A stretch of 64,000 nt of DNA from Eledone cirrhosa (GCA_964016885.1 OZ024759.1:26226001-26290000); one strand, 5' to 3'. Counted from the first letter of the stretch, positions 31,799-46,481 are shown. A program made the numbers and translations. Notes: generated by a model not told the origin, from the sequence alone.

Positions 31799-32044
31799 AG
31801 TGTGTTTGTACATTTATTTATATGTGTGTATATATATATATATACATATATGCGTGTGTGGGGGGGGGGGGTGTAGCTTGTGGAATCACTGGCTAAACAA
31901 TAGCAATATCAGTGTATTTCATATGATTACATATTTCACAGCCATGCCTAAGTCATCTTATTGTTTGTTATTGTTATATATTTATATATATATATATAGA
32001 CACCATCATGTCTGATTTCTTGCAACGTTCGCTTCCAGTTCGTG

Positions 32045-32430
32045 ATATCTCTGGTTCAATTGCACGAAGATTCATCAGGCTGGTGCATATCTCGGATTAC
32101 GTGACGTGAAGCCACTGAGAGTACAGGACTCTCTCCCTGGACAAGACGCCAGTCCATCGCAGGGTTAAAGCCTGCCTCAAGCTCGGTGACTCATCAGGCG
32201 GATTACGTGGCGTGAAGTGACTGAGTGTACACGACTCCCTCCCTGGACATGACTCCTGTCCATCGCAGTGTTATACCCCTAGCTTTTGTTGTACTAATTT
32301 TCAGCTGAGGATACTAAAGCAACGTGAAATGAAGAATTTTTGTCAAGACCACATCACAACGCAGTCCAAGAATCGAACCCACAATATGATGATCATATGT
32401 CCAACATCTTTACCTTTAGACCACACGTTT
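32045..32430 (-). mobile_element. Family-B SINE with an internal ~105-bp tandem duplication
   Basis: Head has GGGTTCGATTC on the minus strand. GGATTACGTG…GTCCATCGCAG occurs twice (about 32094 and 32200). Confidence 0.7.
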
Positions 32431-32526
32431 CCACCTTGTTATATCATAGGTGGAAATATATGTGATAAAGTCTACACTCTGTTTTATTCTTTATAGACAA
32501 TAAGTTAGACAGTACAGGTACAATAG

Positions 32527-32990
32527 TGTTGAAAATATTGTCACATTGTAAACTTAGCAAGTTATAATGGCAGAAACAATGACACTTTGTGGTAGACATT
32601 ATAAACAGAAAATGGCGTTTGGTCACAGAAAAAACATTGGCGGAAGTCGTAAGAACAAAAGTAGAATGGATGTGGAAATATTGTCGCTTTATTGTAAAAT
32701 TAGCACATCAAAATGGCGGAAATTATCGCATTTTGTGGTGGACATTACAAACAGGAAACGGCGTTTCGTGACCTAGCGGCATTGATAAGCTGTGAGGAAA
32801 TAATATTGAATATATAGAACTAAGTAGTTCAACGGATGTGGAAATATTATAGCTTTGTTGTAAAATTAGCATATTAAAATGGCGGAAATTATCACACTTT
32901 GTGGTGGATATTGTAAACAGAAAATGGCGTTTGGTGACAGCGGCATTGACGGAAGTTGTGAGAAAATAATAAAGAGAATATGGAGTGAGA
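32527..32990. repeat. Three diverged tandem copies of a ~140-165-bp unit
   Basis: GAAATATT…TTGTAAAATTAGCA…AAAATGGCGGAAATTATC…TTTGTGGTGGAC…AAACAGAAAATGGCGTTT recurs at about 32527, 32668 and 32833. Confidence 0.85.
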
Positions 32991-33371
32991 ATGAAGAAGG
33001 GGGAATGTTGCTAATAATGGTGGTTGGGTGAGAATTCTGTAAACATAGGGCACGCCTTTAGCATGTAAACGATAGACAAACACAATAGAATTTCACACAT
33101 TGACATGGATAGTGAAGCAATGGTGTGGATGGACTCACTGAGTACATATCTTGTTCAGAACACAATGCCGCAATCACTGCCAGTCAATGATGTGGAAATA
33201 CACACACACACAAATACACACACGTATCCAAATATATACAAAAAAATGAGCATATATTTACACACACGTATATATACAAGTCATGAGCACGTATACACAG
33301 ACATACACACATATACCTATATACATATATATATATTATATATATATATATGTATATAGGTATATGTGTGC

Positions 33372-33403
<32 letters not shown>

Positions 33404-33654
33404 CGCACGTACATGTACACACATTTACGCACATAGACTTACATTTACACACACTTATATATATACAAGGACTTTCAGACACACATTCAATGGCGCACAT
33501 AAAAGCACAAACACACACATAGAAGAATACGTGTTTACATACATTCAGCTTAGAATGCAAATATAAAACACTAAAACAAATATACTGAATACTTAACACA
33601 TACACAGCTTTGGTAACACATAGGTGTAAAAAGAAGAGGCACATATACACTTAT

Positions 33655-33685
<31 letters not shown>

Positions 33686-33802
33686 ATACATATATATAGA
33701 TCCATAGAGCGATATTACACGCACACATACTTTCAACATATTTATCCATTGAATCTCACACAACAGATACACACACAATACATACATACATATATACACA
33801 CA

Positions 33803-33861
<59 letters not shown>

Positions 33862-35023
33862 ATACATACATATATACACACTCAATATGTACATATATAC
33901 ACACACAATACATACATACATATACATACAATACATACATATATACACACTCAATATGTATATATATACACACACAATACATATATACACACACACTACG
34001 TACGCAATACATACATATATACACACTCAATATGTGCATATATACACACGCAATACATACATGTATACACACACAATACATACATGTATACACACACAAT
34101 ACAAACATATATACACACACAATACATGCATATATACGCATACAATACATACATATATACACACATACATACATACATACACACTAACATACGTAAGTAG
34201 TTACATACATACATAAATAGGTACCTACATATATACATACATAAACACATACGTACCTACAAAGATATATACATACGTACATACGTACATACATACATAC
34301 ATACACACATATATACAAATATACATACACACATATATACAAATATACATACACACATATATACAAATATACATACACACATATATACAAATATACATAC
34401 ACACATATATACAAATATACATACACACATATATACAAATATACATACACACATATATACAAATATACATACATACATACATACTCTGTGACACTAACAC
34501 TATAGTACCACCCCCGAAGCTATTTCTATACACAAGTCCCTGTAGGGGACAATGGGGCATCCCCTTGCGACTATTTAACACCCCGAGGGTGGCCAGGGGA
34601 AGACGTAGGGTTTGACGAGGTTGGAGGTGTCCTTAGATGTATGAGCTCCCCACCTGACCACCCCCTAGCAATTGTAACCCCAGCCTATTCATACCCACCC
34701 CAACTATGTCATATTATCTCCCTTTATATTAAGATATCATTAGGGTAAAGACGTTAGTTTGAGAAGGGTGGAGTAGTGGAGGAAGGGGAGGTCGTTTTAT
34801 TCAAAAGTTGTAGTGGGAGGAAGGGTAGAGTGGAGGAGAAGGAAAGTGAGTGCGTGAGGCGAGCGTTGAGAAATAGATGTGTGTGTATATGTGTGAGAGT
34901 ATGTAGGTGATTCTGTCGTTGTGTGTGTATGCGTTGGTCTATATGTGTGTTTGTGATGGGTGAGGATAATAATGATGATGATGATGAGGTTGATGATGAT
35001 GAAGCTCATAACTATGATGATGG

Positions 35024-35055
<32 letters not shown>

Positions 35056-35174
35056 GTGAGTATGTTGGTGATGGTGTTGTTGATGATGCTGGTGATGGTG
35101 ATGGTGATGATGAGAGGAAGAGGAGAAGGGTGGTGGTAGGATGTGATTTTAATGATGATAATAACAGCAACAAC

Positions 35175-36180
35175 CCACTACCACACTGCTCCCACTTTCA
35201 CCACTACAGCTAACACCACCACAACCACCACCACCACACTGCTACCACTCTCACTACTACCACTAGCACCACCACCACCACCAGAACCGCTACTCTCAGC
35301 ACCATCACACTACTACCACTAACACTATCACCACCACCACCGCCGCCAGAAACACTACCTCTAACACCTTCACTACCACCACCAGAACCACTACCATCAC
35401 AACCACTACCATCACAACCACTACCATCACAACCACTACCATCACAACCACTACCACAACCATTACCACTCTCACCACTACCACTAACACCACCAGAACC
35501 ACTACCATCACAACCACAACCACTGCCATCACAACCATTACCATCACAACCACTACCACAACCATTACCACTGTCACCACTAACACCATCACCACCACCA
35601 CCAGAACCACTACCACAACCACTCCCACTAACACCACCATCCCTACCACCTCTACCGCCTCTAATACCACTACCACCATCACCACCACTACTACTACCAC
35701 CATCACCACCATCACCTCTAATACCATCACTAACACCATCACCGCCACTACTACCACCATCAACACCACCACCACCACCACCACTACCACTACCACTAAC
35801 TCCATCACCACCACCACCTCTACCAATAACACCGCCACTACCATCACCACCACTATAACTATCACTACCATCACAACCATTACAACTACCACCACCACCA
35901 TCACTACAACTGTCACAACGAATATCACTAACACCGCCACTACCATCACCACCACCACTACCTTTAACTCCATCACCACCACCACCACTGCCAATTTCAC
36001 CACAACCTCTACCACTACCACTTACACCTTCACCACCACGAAAAGCCACCACCCCCCATCAACCTCACCCTACCGTCCATATCCCCCCCCCCCACTAACC
36101 GCCACCACCACCAATATCACCCTACCACAACCACCCATACCCTCCCCCCTAACCACCACCACCACCACCACCACCACTAT
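35175..36180. repeat. Degenerate (CAC/CTA/CAT)n trinucleotide region
   Basis: Direct inspection. Confidence 0.9.
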
Positions 36181-36505
36181 TACTGTCACATCAATCCATT
36201 GACTGTAGCTAATCAAGCCAGCATCACATTGCTAGCAGCGCCATCTGCTCCGCTATAAAACCCTGTGTCCCCTAAACAACGCTCTCTATGTTCGTTAACC
36301 CCTATTTTTAGGGGTTCAACACACTCATTTCTTTTTTAAAGTTAGTGCTTATTGTTCTTATTGTTCTTAGACGTTATCATCATTATTGTCGACGTCATCA
36401 TCATCATCATCATCGTCTTTGTCATTGTCGTCATCTCAACGTCATTGTCGTCATCGCCAACGTTATCCTCGTCAATATTATCATCGTCATTGTCATTAAA
36501 ATAAT

Positions 36506-36689
36506 TTTCTACTTTTGGCACAAGGCCAGCAATTATCTCAGTACATTACTGGTACTTTATTTTATCGACCCCGTAAGGATGAAAAGCAAAGTTAACCTCG
36601 GCGGGATTTGAACTCGGACCGTAAAGGGACGTAAGTATGCTAGAAAGCATGGCGTCCAACCCTCTACTGATACTGCCAATCCACCGCCG
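36506..36689 (-). mobile_element. Full-length family-A SINE with 16-bp TSD
   Basis: Head GGCGGTGGATTGGCAGTATCAG. TSD TTGTCATTAAAATAAT lies at 36490-36505 and 36690-36705. Confidence 0.92.
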
Positions 36690-36739
36690 TTGTCATTAAA
36701 ATAATAGTCATCGTTTTTATTGTCATCGTAATCATCACT

Positions 36740-36891
36740 ATCGTGGTGCGCTTTCATCAGATAAAATACAAAATTTGTTTTATAAATAGTAAAATAACCA
36801 TGGAAAACAACCTTGACGGTTGAAAATTCGCTGCATAGTCACTATTTATAAAACAAATTTTGTGTTTTATCTGATGAAAGCGCACCAAGAT
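36740..36891. repeat. 51-bp inverted repeat with a 50-bp spacer
   Basis: 36740-36790 versus 36841-36891, with 2 mismatches. Confidence 0.95.
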
Positions 36892-36927
36892 TGGCTTGGT
36901 CGCCCCTGAAATATATATAATAAAATA
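36863..36927 (+). ncRNA. Type I hammerhead ribozyme
   Basis: UGUUUUAU-CUGAUGA-[GCG/CGC, ACCAAG/CUUGGU stem II]-GAAA-UAUAUA-UA^AUAAAAUA: 8-bp stem I and palindromic stem III. The base of stem II is imperfect. Confidence 0.75.
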
Positions 36928-37217
36928 ATTATGGTTTTATAAATATAGTTTCCATTTATTAATATATTGAATATTTACTCCACTTAACAGTTGAGTGCTC
37001 TATATCAGTTATAAACTTTTAAGTTTGTTGGAATTCCAACAAATTAAATATATATATATATATTTATATATATAAGCAAATGAATGAAGGAAGGAGTTAC
37101 AAGCCGTTAAAAGTTCTTTATATAACTCTGACACATGTTTCGCTCACACGGGCATTTAGTAATCTGTATCGCACCACTCTGTATCTCTCTGCTTCCTCCT
37201 CTCCTACGATACTTATT

Positions 37218-37442
37218 ACGTCCCTTTACGGACTGAGTTCAAATCCCGCCGAGGTTAACTTTGCCTTTCATCCTTGCGGGGTCGATAAAATAAAGTACCA
37301 GTAATACACTGGGATAATTGCTGGCCTTGTGCCAAAACTAGGGACAATTATTATTTTGCCTTTCATCCTTACGGGGTCGATAAAATAAAGTACCAGTAAT
37401 GCACTGGGTAAGTGCTGGCCTTGTGCCTAAAGTAGAAACAAT

Positions 37443-37447
<5 letters not shown>
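37218..37447 (+). mobile_element. Family-A SINE with a tandemly repeated 3' part
   Basis: Same body sequence; the 3' ~90 bp is duplicated. Confidence 0.85.
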
Positions 37448-37481
<34 letters not shown>

Positions 37482-37511
37482 AAAGAATAGAGGTGTAACA
37501 CACAAGTTATT

Positions 37512-37906
37512 ATATATTGGTAAACGGAATCGAAAATGCTGACAAATTGTTCACAGTTGAAAAATGGTTTAATTAGGAATAAAAGAGTATTAGTGATTGT
37601 ATGGGTTAGTATTCAGTTGTGGTTTTAAGTTTTTAAGTTTTTACCGGTTGCGCATTTCTAAATGCTTTTCAAAAATAATTTTGAGATAGAGTGTCCGTGT
37701 TGTTTGCTCTGATCTGAGCAAACAACACGGACACTCTATCTCAAAATTATTTTTGAAAAGCATTTAGAAATGCGCAACCGGTAAAAACTTAAAACCACAA
37801 CTGAATACTAACCCATACAATCAGTAATACTCTTTTATTCCTAATTAAACCATTTTTCAACTGTGAACAATTTGTCAGCATTTTCTATTCCGTTTACCAA
37901 TATATA
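37512..37906. repeat. Fold-back palindrome, arms of about 195 bp, centred on GATC 37711-37714
   Basis: The arms differ by about 3 substitutions and an 8-bp duplication in the left arm. Confidence 0.97.
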
Positions 37907-37946
37907 TATATACATATATATATATATGCATATATAGAAGATTTGC

Positions 37947-38085
37947 CTGATGATTTCTTACGAATGAAACTGTTTTAGTCATGTTAGAAGTCATTTCTAT
38001 AATAAAATAACGATGTATATATGCTGTTAACGTATAGTGTACCGTCTTTGACAGTGGTCACCTTCCCATTTATATCGGGACCCTA
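37947..38085 (+). ncRNA. Hammerhead-like motif plus tail, same subfamily as 47920
   Basis: CUGAUGA-UUUC(UUAC)GAAU-GAAA-CU(GUUUU)AG-UC^. The downstream tail is alignable to 47968-48045. Confidence 0.65.
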
Positions 38086-38327
38086 CACACACACACACAC
38101 AAAGAGAGCGAGAAAGAGATATACAAATAGATGGATGGATAGATAGATAGATATTGCATGATAACTACTTTGTTGTGACCTCAGAATCCTATCAAAGTAA
38201 ACCAGAAATATCCAGCTAATCCACGAAGCTATTGATGATAATAAACGCCATTGTATTAGCGGAAAACTTACGATGCCATTTTGTAGTGAACTATTATATC
38301 TATCAAACTAACTATGTGATATAACTA

Positions 38328-38404
<77 letters not shown>

Positions 38405-39774
38405 TATACACACATATATATATATATATATTATACACACATATATATATATATATATATTATACACATATATATATATATATATATTATACACACATAT
38501 ATATATATATATTATACACACATATATATATATATTATACACGCATATATATATATATATTATACACACATATATATATATATATATTATACACACATAT
38601 ATATATATATATATTATACACACACATATATATATTATACACACACATATATATATATATTATACACACACATATATATATATTATATATATATATATAT
38701 ATATTATACATACTGGATATGTTATTACTGGTCTGCTTCATTCTATTTTTCTATCTCTCTTTCTCCTATCCTTTATCACTCTCTCCATCTCTATCTTTTA
38801 CTCACTCGCTATATATATATACATGTATATATATATATGTGTGTGTGTATAAAGTATTACATAATGTGTGCGTTTGCGTACGAATACCACCTCCACCGCC
38901 ATCATCTACATTGTAACAGTCACCGCCACCCCAACGACCATCAACCACCACCACCATCATTACACCATTACAACAATAAAACAGATTTAATTTGTCGTGC
39001 CTAGTTGGTCCGTGAAATTTGTGTAGCAAGAAACACAGGAGAAACACAGAAGATCTGGTCTTGAATACACAAATAGCCAAGACAGACATTCACACATATA
39101 TGCAAACAGACAAACACACGCTCACTCATACACACACAAACACACTATCGCACACATATAATACACATTAACACACTCTAATCCATACAATAAACAGGAC
39201 ACCTAACACTCACACAAACATAGAAACACAATATCTCTCTCAAACACACTAACACGCACGTAAATTACACATTAGCACACTCTCACACACATACACAGGG
39301 AAACACATACGTACATGATACACACAATACACAACACAAACACACACTTCCTAACACACTATCCACGCACCACACTCACGCAAATAACACATACTTCCTA
39401 GCACACATGCTTCACAGTACATACACACACATACACAGGGAAACACACACACGTATGGACAACCACTTCCTGACACATATACCACACAGCACATACAAAC
39501 ACATAGACAGGGAAACGCACTTCCTAACACACATACCACGCAGCACATACACACACATAGACAGCGAAACACACACACACACGTATGTACGTCTATCTCT
39601 TTATCTAATCTAACGCAGAAAATGATTCGCCCTGTTTTGAAGGCGAAATCTGGCGATAATTAGAACATAAATCTACAATTGGTGGCTTTAATGCCGGACA
39701 ATCTAATCTCCCAGCTCCCCCCAAATTAAATGTTTTAAATCCGCCTCTCAACACAGATTACTTGGTTAAAAATA

Positions 39775-40315
39775 CCACACCACACTACACTACAGCATAC
39801 CACACCACACTACACCATACCACACCACACCATACCACACCACACTACACTATACCACATCATACTACATCATACTAGACCACACTACACCATACTACAC
39901 CATACCACACCATACTACATCACACCGCACCCTACTACATCACACCGCACCATACTATTTCACACCGCACCATACTACATCACACCGCACCATACTACGC
40001 TACACCATAACACACGACACCCCAGTACACCCTACCTCACCATACTACACTACACCACTCTACACTACACCACACTACACTACAGTATACCACACTACAT
40101 CACACCACACTACATTACACGACACCACACTACACGATACCACACTACACAACACTACACTACACTATATTACACTACACTACGCTACACTACACCACAC
40201 TACACCATGCCACACCACACTACACTAGACCACAGCACACTACACTGCACCACACTACACTACACTACACCACACCACACCGCACCATACCATACCACAC
40301 CCTACTCACTACACA
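39775..40315. repeat. Degenerate pentanucleotide (CACTA/CACCA/CATAC)n
   Basis: Direct inspection. Confidence 0.9.
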
Positions 40316-40763
40316 CTGGTTACTAACAGCACCACAACCATCACCAACACACCATCACACCCTCACTGCCACCACCACACAACTGTCCAATACTTGCTGA
40401 CTGTCTCCTGCCTCGTTTTCATATTTAATTATTTTGTCATTCCCCCCTCCTCCTCCCATTGTCGTATGTTTTTGTCCTTCCCTCTCGTTTCTCTCACTCC
40501 CACCACTATCACTACCATGACTAGGACTATCATCACCATTACTACAACAATCACTACCACCACCATCATCACTGTCATCACCAGCAGCACTACTAACACC
40601 ATCACCATAACAAACAGCCACCATCAATGCCATCTCTATCACCATCACCGTGTGGTTGGTGTTGTTGTTGAGTATATATATACACACACATATATGTATA
40701 CACACACACATATATATACATATATACATATATATATACACACACATATATATATTAACACAC

Positions 40764-40811
<48 letters not shown>

Positions 40812-40950
40812 ATATATATCTATGTATATGTATAGTGAAAATTTGAACGGGAACGAAAACAGAGAGGTAGTACAAACAAAAGTTTATTAGTTTCACGCTC
40901 TTGAGAGTGAAGGGTGGGGGGATATATATATGTATATGTATAAATATATG

Positions 40951-40998
<48 letters not shown>

Positions 40999-41585
40999 GG
41001 AGACCCAGCTTGACCACAATCCATTGGAGGCATTTTCTAAATAGCGTTGGCTTTGGTGTTATTGGAGAAACCAATACCATCACAACGTCCATGCCACTAC
41101 CAGAACTACTACCATCACCGCTGTCAATCCCAGCACCCACACCGTCATTTCCACCAACCCGAGTACCCACCACCACCACCACCACCACCACCAACATCAC
41201 CACCAATACCGCCACCAACACACTAATTGATTGTTAAGTAGGAGTACAAAATCGCAAGGAAATCTCAATTTCATTGAAACATCGTTTTTCTGGCTGTCAG
41301 GAGCGAGTGTGGGAAGAGTGAGAGGGGGAAGGAAGACAGAGTGTGGTGGTAGTGTTGGTGGTCGTAGCAATGGTGGTGTTGTTGGTGTCATTGAAGGTAG
41401 TTAAATAAGAATTAAAATGGCGGAGGTTGATGTTATGGGTGGACGTAATTGGATCACACTTCGGTGTAAGAACTAATTTCAAATACATAGGCACACTGGC
41501 ATACACATACATGCGCACACATTCACATATGCACACACATGCCAACACACACAACAACTCTCATATTTATACACACACACACATT

Positions 41586-41623
<38 letters not shown>

Positions 41624-41728
41624 CATATATATCTTGGTATGCATATATATCTTTGTATGCATATATATCTATGTATGCATATATATCTATGTATGCATAT
41701 ATATCTATGTATGCATATATATCTATGT

Positions 41729-41759
<31 letters not shown>

Positions 41760-41769
41760 CATATATATG

Positions 41770-41806
<37 letters not shown>

Positions 41807-42229
41807 GCATATATATATATATATATATATATGCATACATACATACATATATATATAAATATATATACATATATATATATATACATATACATATATATAT
41901 ATATACATATATATATATGTTTATATGTATATATATGTATATGTATATATATGTATATGTATATATATATGTATATGTATATATATATGTATATATATAT
42001 ATGTTTATATATGTGTGTGTATTTATATATATGTATATATATATGTATATATATATGTATATATATGTTTATATATATGTATATATATATATGTATATAT
42101 ATATGTATATATATATGTATATATATATGTATATATATATGTATATATATATGTATATATATATGTTTATATATATGTTTATATATATATATGTTTATAT
42201 ATATGTATATATATATGTTTATATATATG

Positions 42230-42260
<31 letters not shown>

Positions 42261-42299
42261 GTATATATATATATGTATATATATGTATATATATATATG

Positions 42300-42330
<31 letters not shown>

Positions 42331-42399
42331 GTATATATATATATGTATATATATATATGTATATATATATGTATATATATATATGTATATATATATATG

Positions 42400-42448
<49 letters not shown>

Positions 42449-42475
42449 GTATATATATATATGTATATATATATG

Positions 42476-42524
<49 letters not shown>

Positions 42525-42539
42525 GTATATATATATATG

Positions 42540-42586
<47 letters not shown>

Positions 42587-42672
42587 GTATATATATATAT
42601 ATGTATATATATATATTTCGTTTCTGAATTTGTTTAGCAAGATTCTTTATCTAAAATCGTGTGTTGAAACCG

Positions 42673-43188
42673 ATATTGTTATACTTTGGGAGGGTCATGT
42701 TGCCAATAAGAAACACACGCACCAGTTGCTTTCACATCAATTTAATTTAATATATATTTATAAATTTACAAATTTATAAATTTCTGGTTGGTTGGTTGGT
42801 TCCACAACCAGATAGTTGTTTATATATATATAGTCATAGTTCTTTCGTCACACACTCTGTGACCTCTTCAGTGACTGGGGATTTCTTTCTTCGTTTCTGT
42901 GCCTTTCCTTTCTTCTATCCTACGCAAACAAAATGGCGTAGGATAGAAGAAAGGAAAGGCACAGAAACGAAGAAAGAAATCCCCAGTCACTGAAGAGGTC
43001 ACAGAGTGTGTGACGAAAGAACTATGACTATATATATATAAACAACTATCTGGTTGTGGAACCAACCAACCAACCAACCAGAAATTTATAAATTTGTAAA
43101 TTTATAAATATATATTAAATTAAATTGAAGTGAAAGCAACTGGTGCGTGTGTTTCTTATTGGCAACATGACCCTCCCAAAGTATAACA

Positions 43189-43192
<4 letters not shown>
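42673..43192. repeat. Fold-back palindrome, arms of about 253 and 257 bp, 10-nt loop (42926-42935)
   Basis: The arms are reverse complements except for one substitution and one GGTT unit. Confidence 0.97.
42985..43029 (+). ncRNA. Minimal type I hammerhead ribozyme (mirror copy at 42832-42876, minus strand)
   Basis: AGUCA-CUGAAGA-G-GUCACA(GAGUG)UGUGAC-GAAA-GAAC-UA^UGACU: 5-bp stem I, 6-bp stem II, intact core, minimal stem III. Confidence 0.85.
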
Positions 43193-43222
<30 letters not shown>

Positions 43223-43525
43223 GTTTATATATATGTTTATGTATATATATATATATATGTTTATATATATGTATATATATATATATGTTTATATATATGT
43301 ATGTATATATATATGTTTATATATGTGTATGTATATATATATGTTTATATATGTGTATGTATATATATATGTTTATATATGTGTATATATATATATATAT
43401 ATGTTTATATATGTGTATATATATATATATATGTTTATATATGTGTATATATATATATGTGTATATATATATGTTTATATATATGTATATATATATATAT
43501 GTATATATATATGTTTATATATATG

Positions 43526-43556
<31 letters not shown>

Positions 43557-44231
43557 GTATATATATATGTTTATATATATGTATATATATATATATGTAT
43601 ATATATATGTTTATATATATGTATATATATATGTTTATATATATGTTTATATATATGTTTATATATATATGTATATATATATGTTTATATATATGTATAT
43701 ATATATGTTTATATATATGTATATATATATGTTTATATATCTGTATATATATATATGTATATATATATGTTTATATATCTGTATATATATATGTTTATAT
43801 ATGTGTATATATATATATATGTTTATGTATATATATATATATATGTTTATATATATGTATATATATATATATGTTTATATATATGTATATATATATGTTT
43901 ATATATATGTATATATATATGTTTATATATATGTATATATATATGTTTATATATATGTATATATATATATATGTTTATATATATGTATATATATATATAT
44001 GTTTATATATATATGTATATATATATATATATGTTTATATATATGTATATATATATATATATGTTTATATATATGTATATATATATGTTTATATATATGT
44101 ATATATATATATATATGTTTATATATATGTATATATATATATATGTTTATATATATGTTTATATATATATATATGTTTATATATATGTATATATATATAT
44201 ATGTTTATTTATATGTTTATATATATATATG

Positions 44232-44281
<50 letters not shown>

Positions 44282-44285
44282 TATT

Positions 44286-44388
<103 letters not shown>

Positions 44389-44430
44389 GTTTATATATAT
44401 GTATATATATATATATATGTTTATATATAC

Positions 44431-44484
<54 letters not shown>

Positions 44485-44497
44485 GTTTATATATATG

Positions 44498-44562
<65 letters not shown>

Positions 44563-44575
44563 GTTTATATATATG

Positions 44576-44606
<31 letters not shown>

Positions 44607-44647
44607 GTTTATATATATGTATATATATATATATGTTTATATATATG

Positions 44648-44680
<33 letters not shown>

Positions 44681-44683
44681 GTT

Positions 44684-44714
<31 letters not shown>

Positions 44715-44761
44715 GTTTATATATATGTATATATATATGTATATATATATATATGTTTATA

Positions 44762-44795
<34 letters not shown>

Positions 44796-44804
44796 ATGTT
44801 TATA

Positions 44805-44838
<34 letters not shown>

Positions 44839-44844
44839 ATTATA

Positions 44845-44878
<34 letters not shown>

Positions 44879-44884
44879 ATTATA

Positions 44885-44916
<32 letters not shown>

Positions 44917-45248
44917 ATTATATATATATATGTTTGTATATATATATATAATTATATATATATGTTTGTATATATATATATATATATATATAATGTTTAT
45001 ATATATATATAATGTTTATATATAAATATATATATATATAATGTTTATATATATATATATAATGTTTATATTTATATATATATATATATAATGTTTATAT
45101 TTATATATATATATATATATATAATGTTTATATTTATATATATATAATGTTTATATATATATTAATATTTGATGAACATTTACATGTTTTAGTTACAATT
45201 GACTAATAAAATGATTGTAAATGACCCCATTGAGTCTAATCTCTAAGC

Positions 45249-45280
<32 letters not shown>

Positions 45281-45406
45281 ATGTTTATATATATATAATG
45301 TTTATATATATATATATATAATGTTTATATATATATAATGTTTATATATATATATATAATGTTTATATATATATATATAATGTATATATATATATATATA
45401 TATAAT

Positions 45407-45449
<43 letters not shown>

Positions 45450-45615
45450 GTTTATATATATGTATAAACATTATATATATATATATATATATAATGTTTA
45501 TATATATATATATATATATATAATGTTTATATATATATATATATAATGTTTATATATATATATATATAATGTTTATATATATAGTGTTCATATATATGTA
45601 TATATATGTATATAA

Positions 45616-45993
45616 CTTTGCCATTGGGAGCTGGACCAACGTCGAACAGGACGTCACAGTGTGGTGCAAAGTTCCCGTCTTCCACATCTAGAATAAGGAG
45701 TAGATATTGCAATAGCCTGGGGTTCAAGGGCCCTCAACTCTACAACAGGCTGCCGAAGGATCTGAGAGATCTGCATGGTGTGGAGGTGGATGTCTTCAAG
45801 AAACATCTAGACACCTTGCTATCCAGGATCCTGGATGAGCCCACAGCAAGGCACTGGGGAAACCTAAGGGCAGCAGCAACACACTCCCTCTTACACCAGT
45901 GGCCAACCAATACAGGCTGGAGATAAAATGTGTAGCAATAAGGGTTGTGCCCCAGCATGGCCTCAACGGATTGCTGGAACAGGTAAAAGAGTA
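45616..45993 (+). mobile_element. 5'-truncated CR1/L2-group LINE 3' end
   Basis: Encodes [44 protein letters not shown]…[11 protein letters not shown], matching the CR1-group ORF2 C-terminal pattern. The 3' tail is GTGCCCCAGCATGGCCTCA…CAGGTAAAAGAG, and the element is embedded in (TA)n. Confidence 0.8.
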
Positions 45994-46015
45994 TATATAT
46001 ATATATATATATATG

Positions 46016-46068
<53 letters not shown>

Positions 46069-46370
46069 ATATATATATATATATATGTATAGATATATAT
46101 ATGGATATATACATGTATAGATATATATATGTATATATACATATATAGATATGTATATATATATATACATATATAGATATGTATATATATATATACATAT
46201 ATAGATATGTATATATATATATACATATATAGATATGTATATATATATATACATATATAGATATGTATATACATATATAGATATGTATATATATACATAT
46301 ATAGATATGTATATATATACATATATAGATATGTATATATATATATACATACATATATATATATATATAT

Positions 46371-46481
<111 letters not shown>

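Noticed and set aside
35210-36052. Gly/Ser/Cys-rich ORF
   Set aside because: Same trinucleotide-drift origin; no independent coding evidence.
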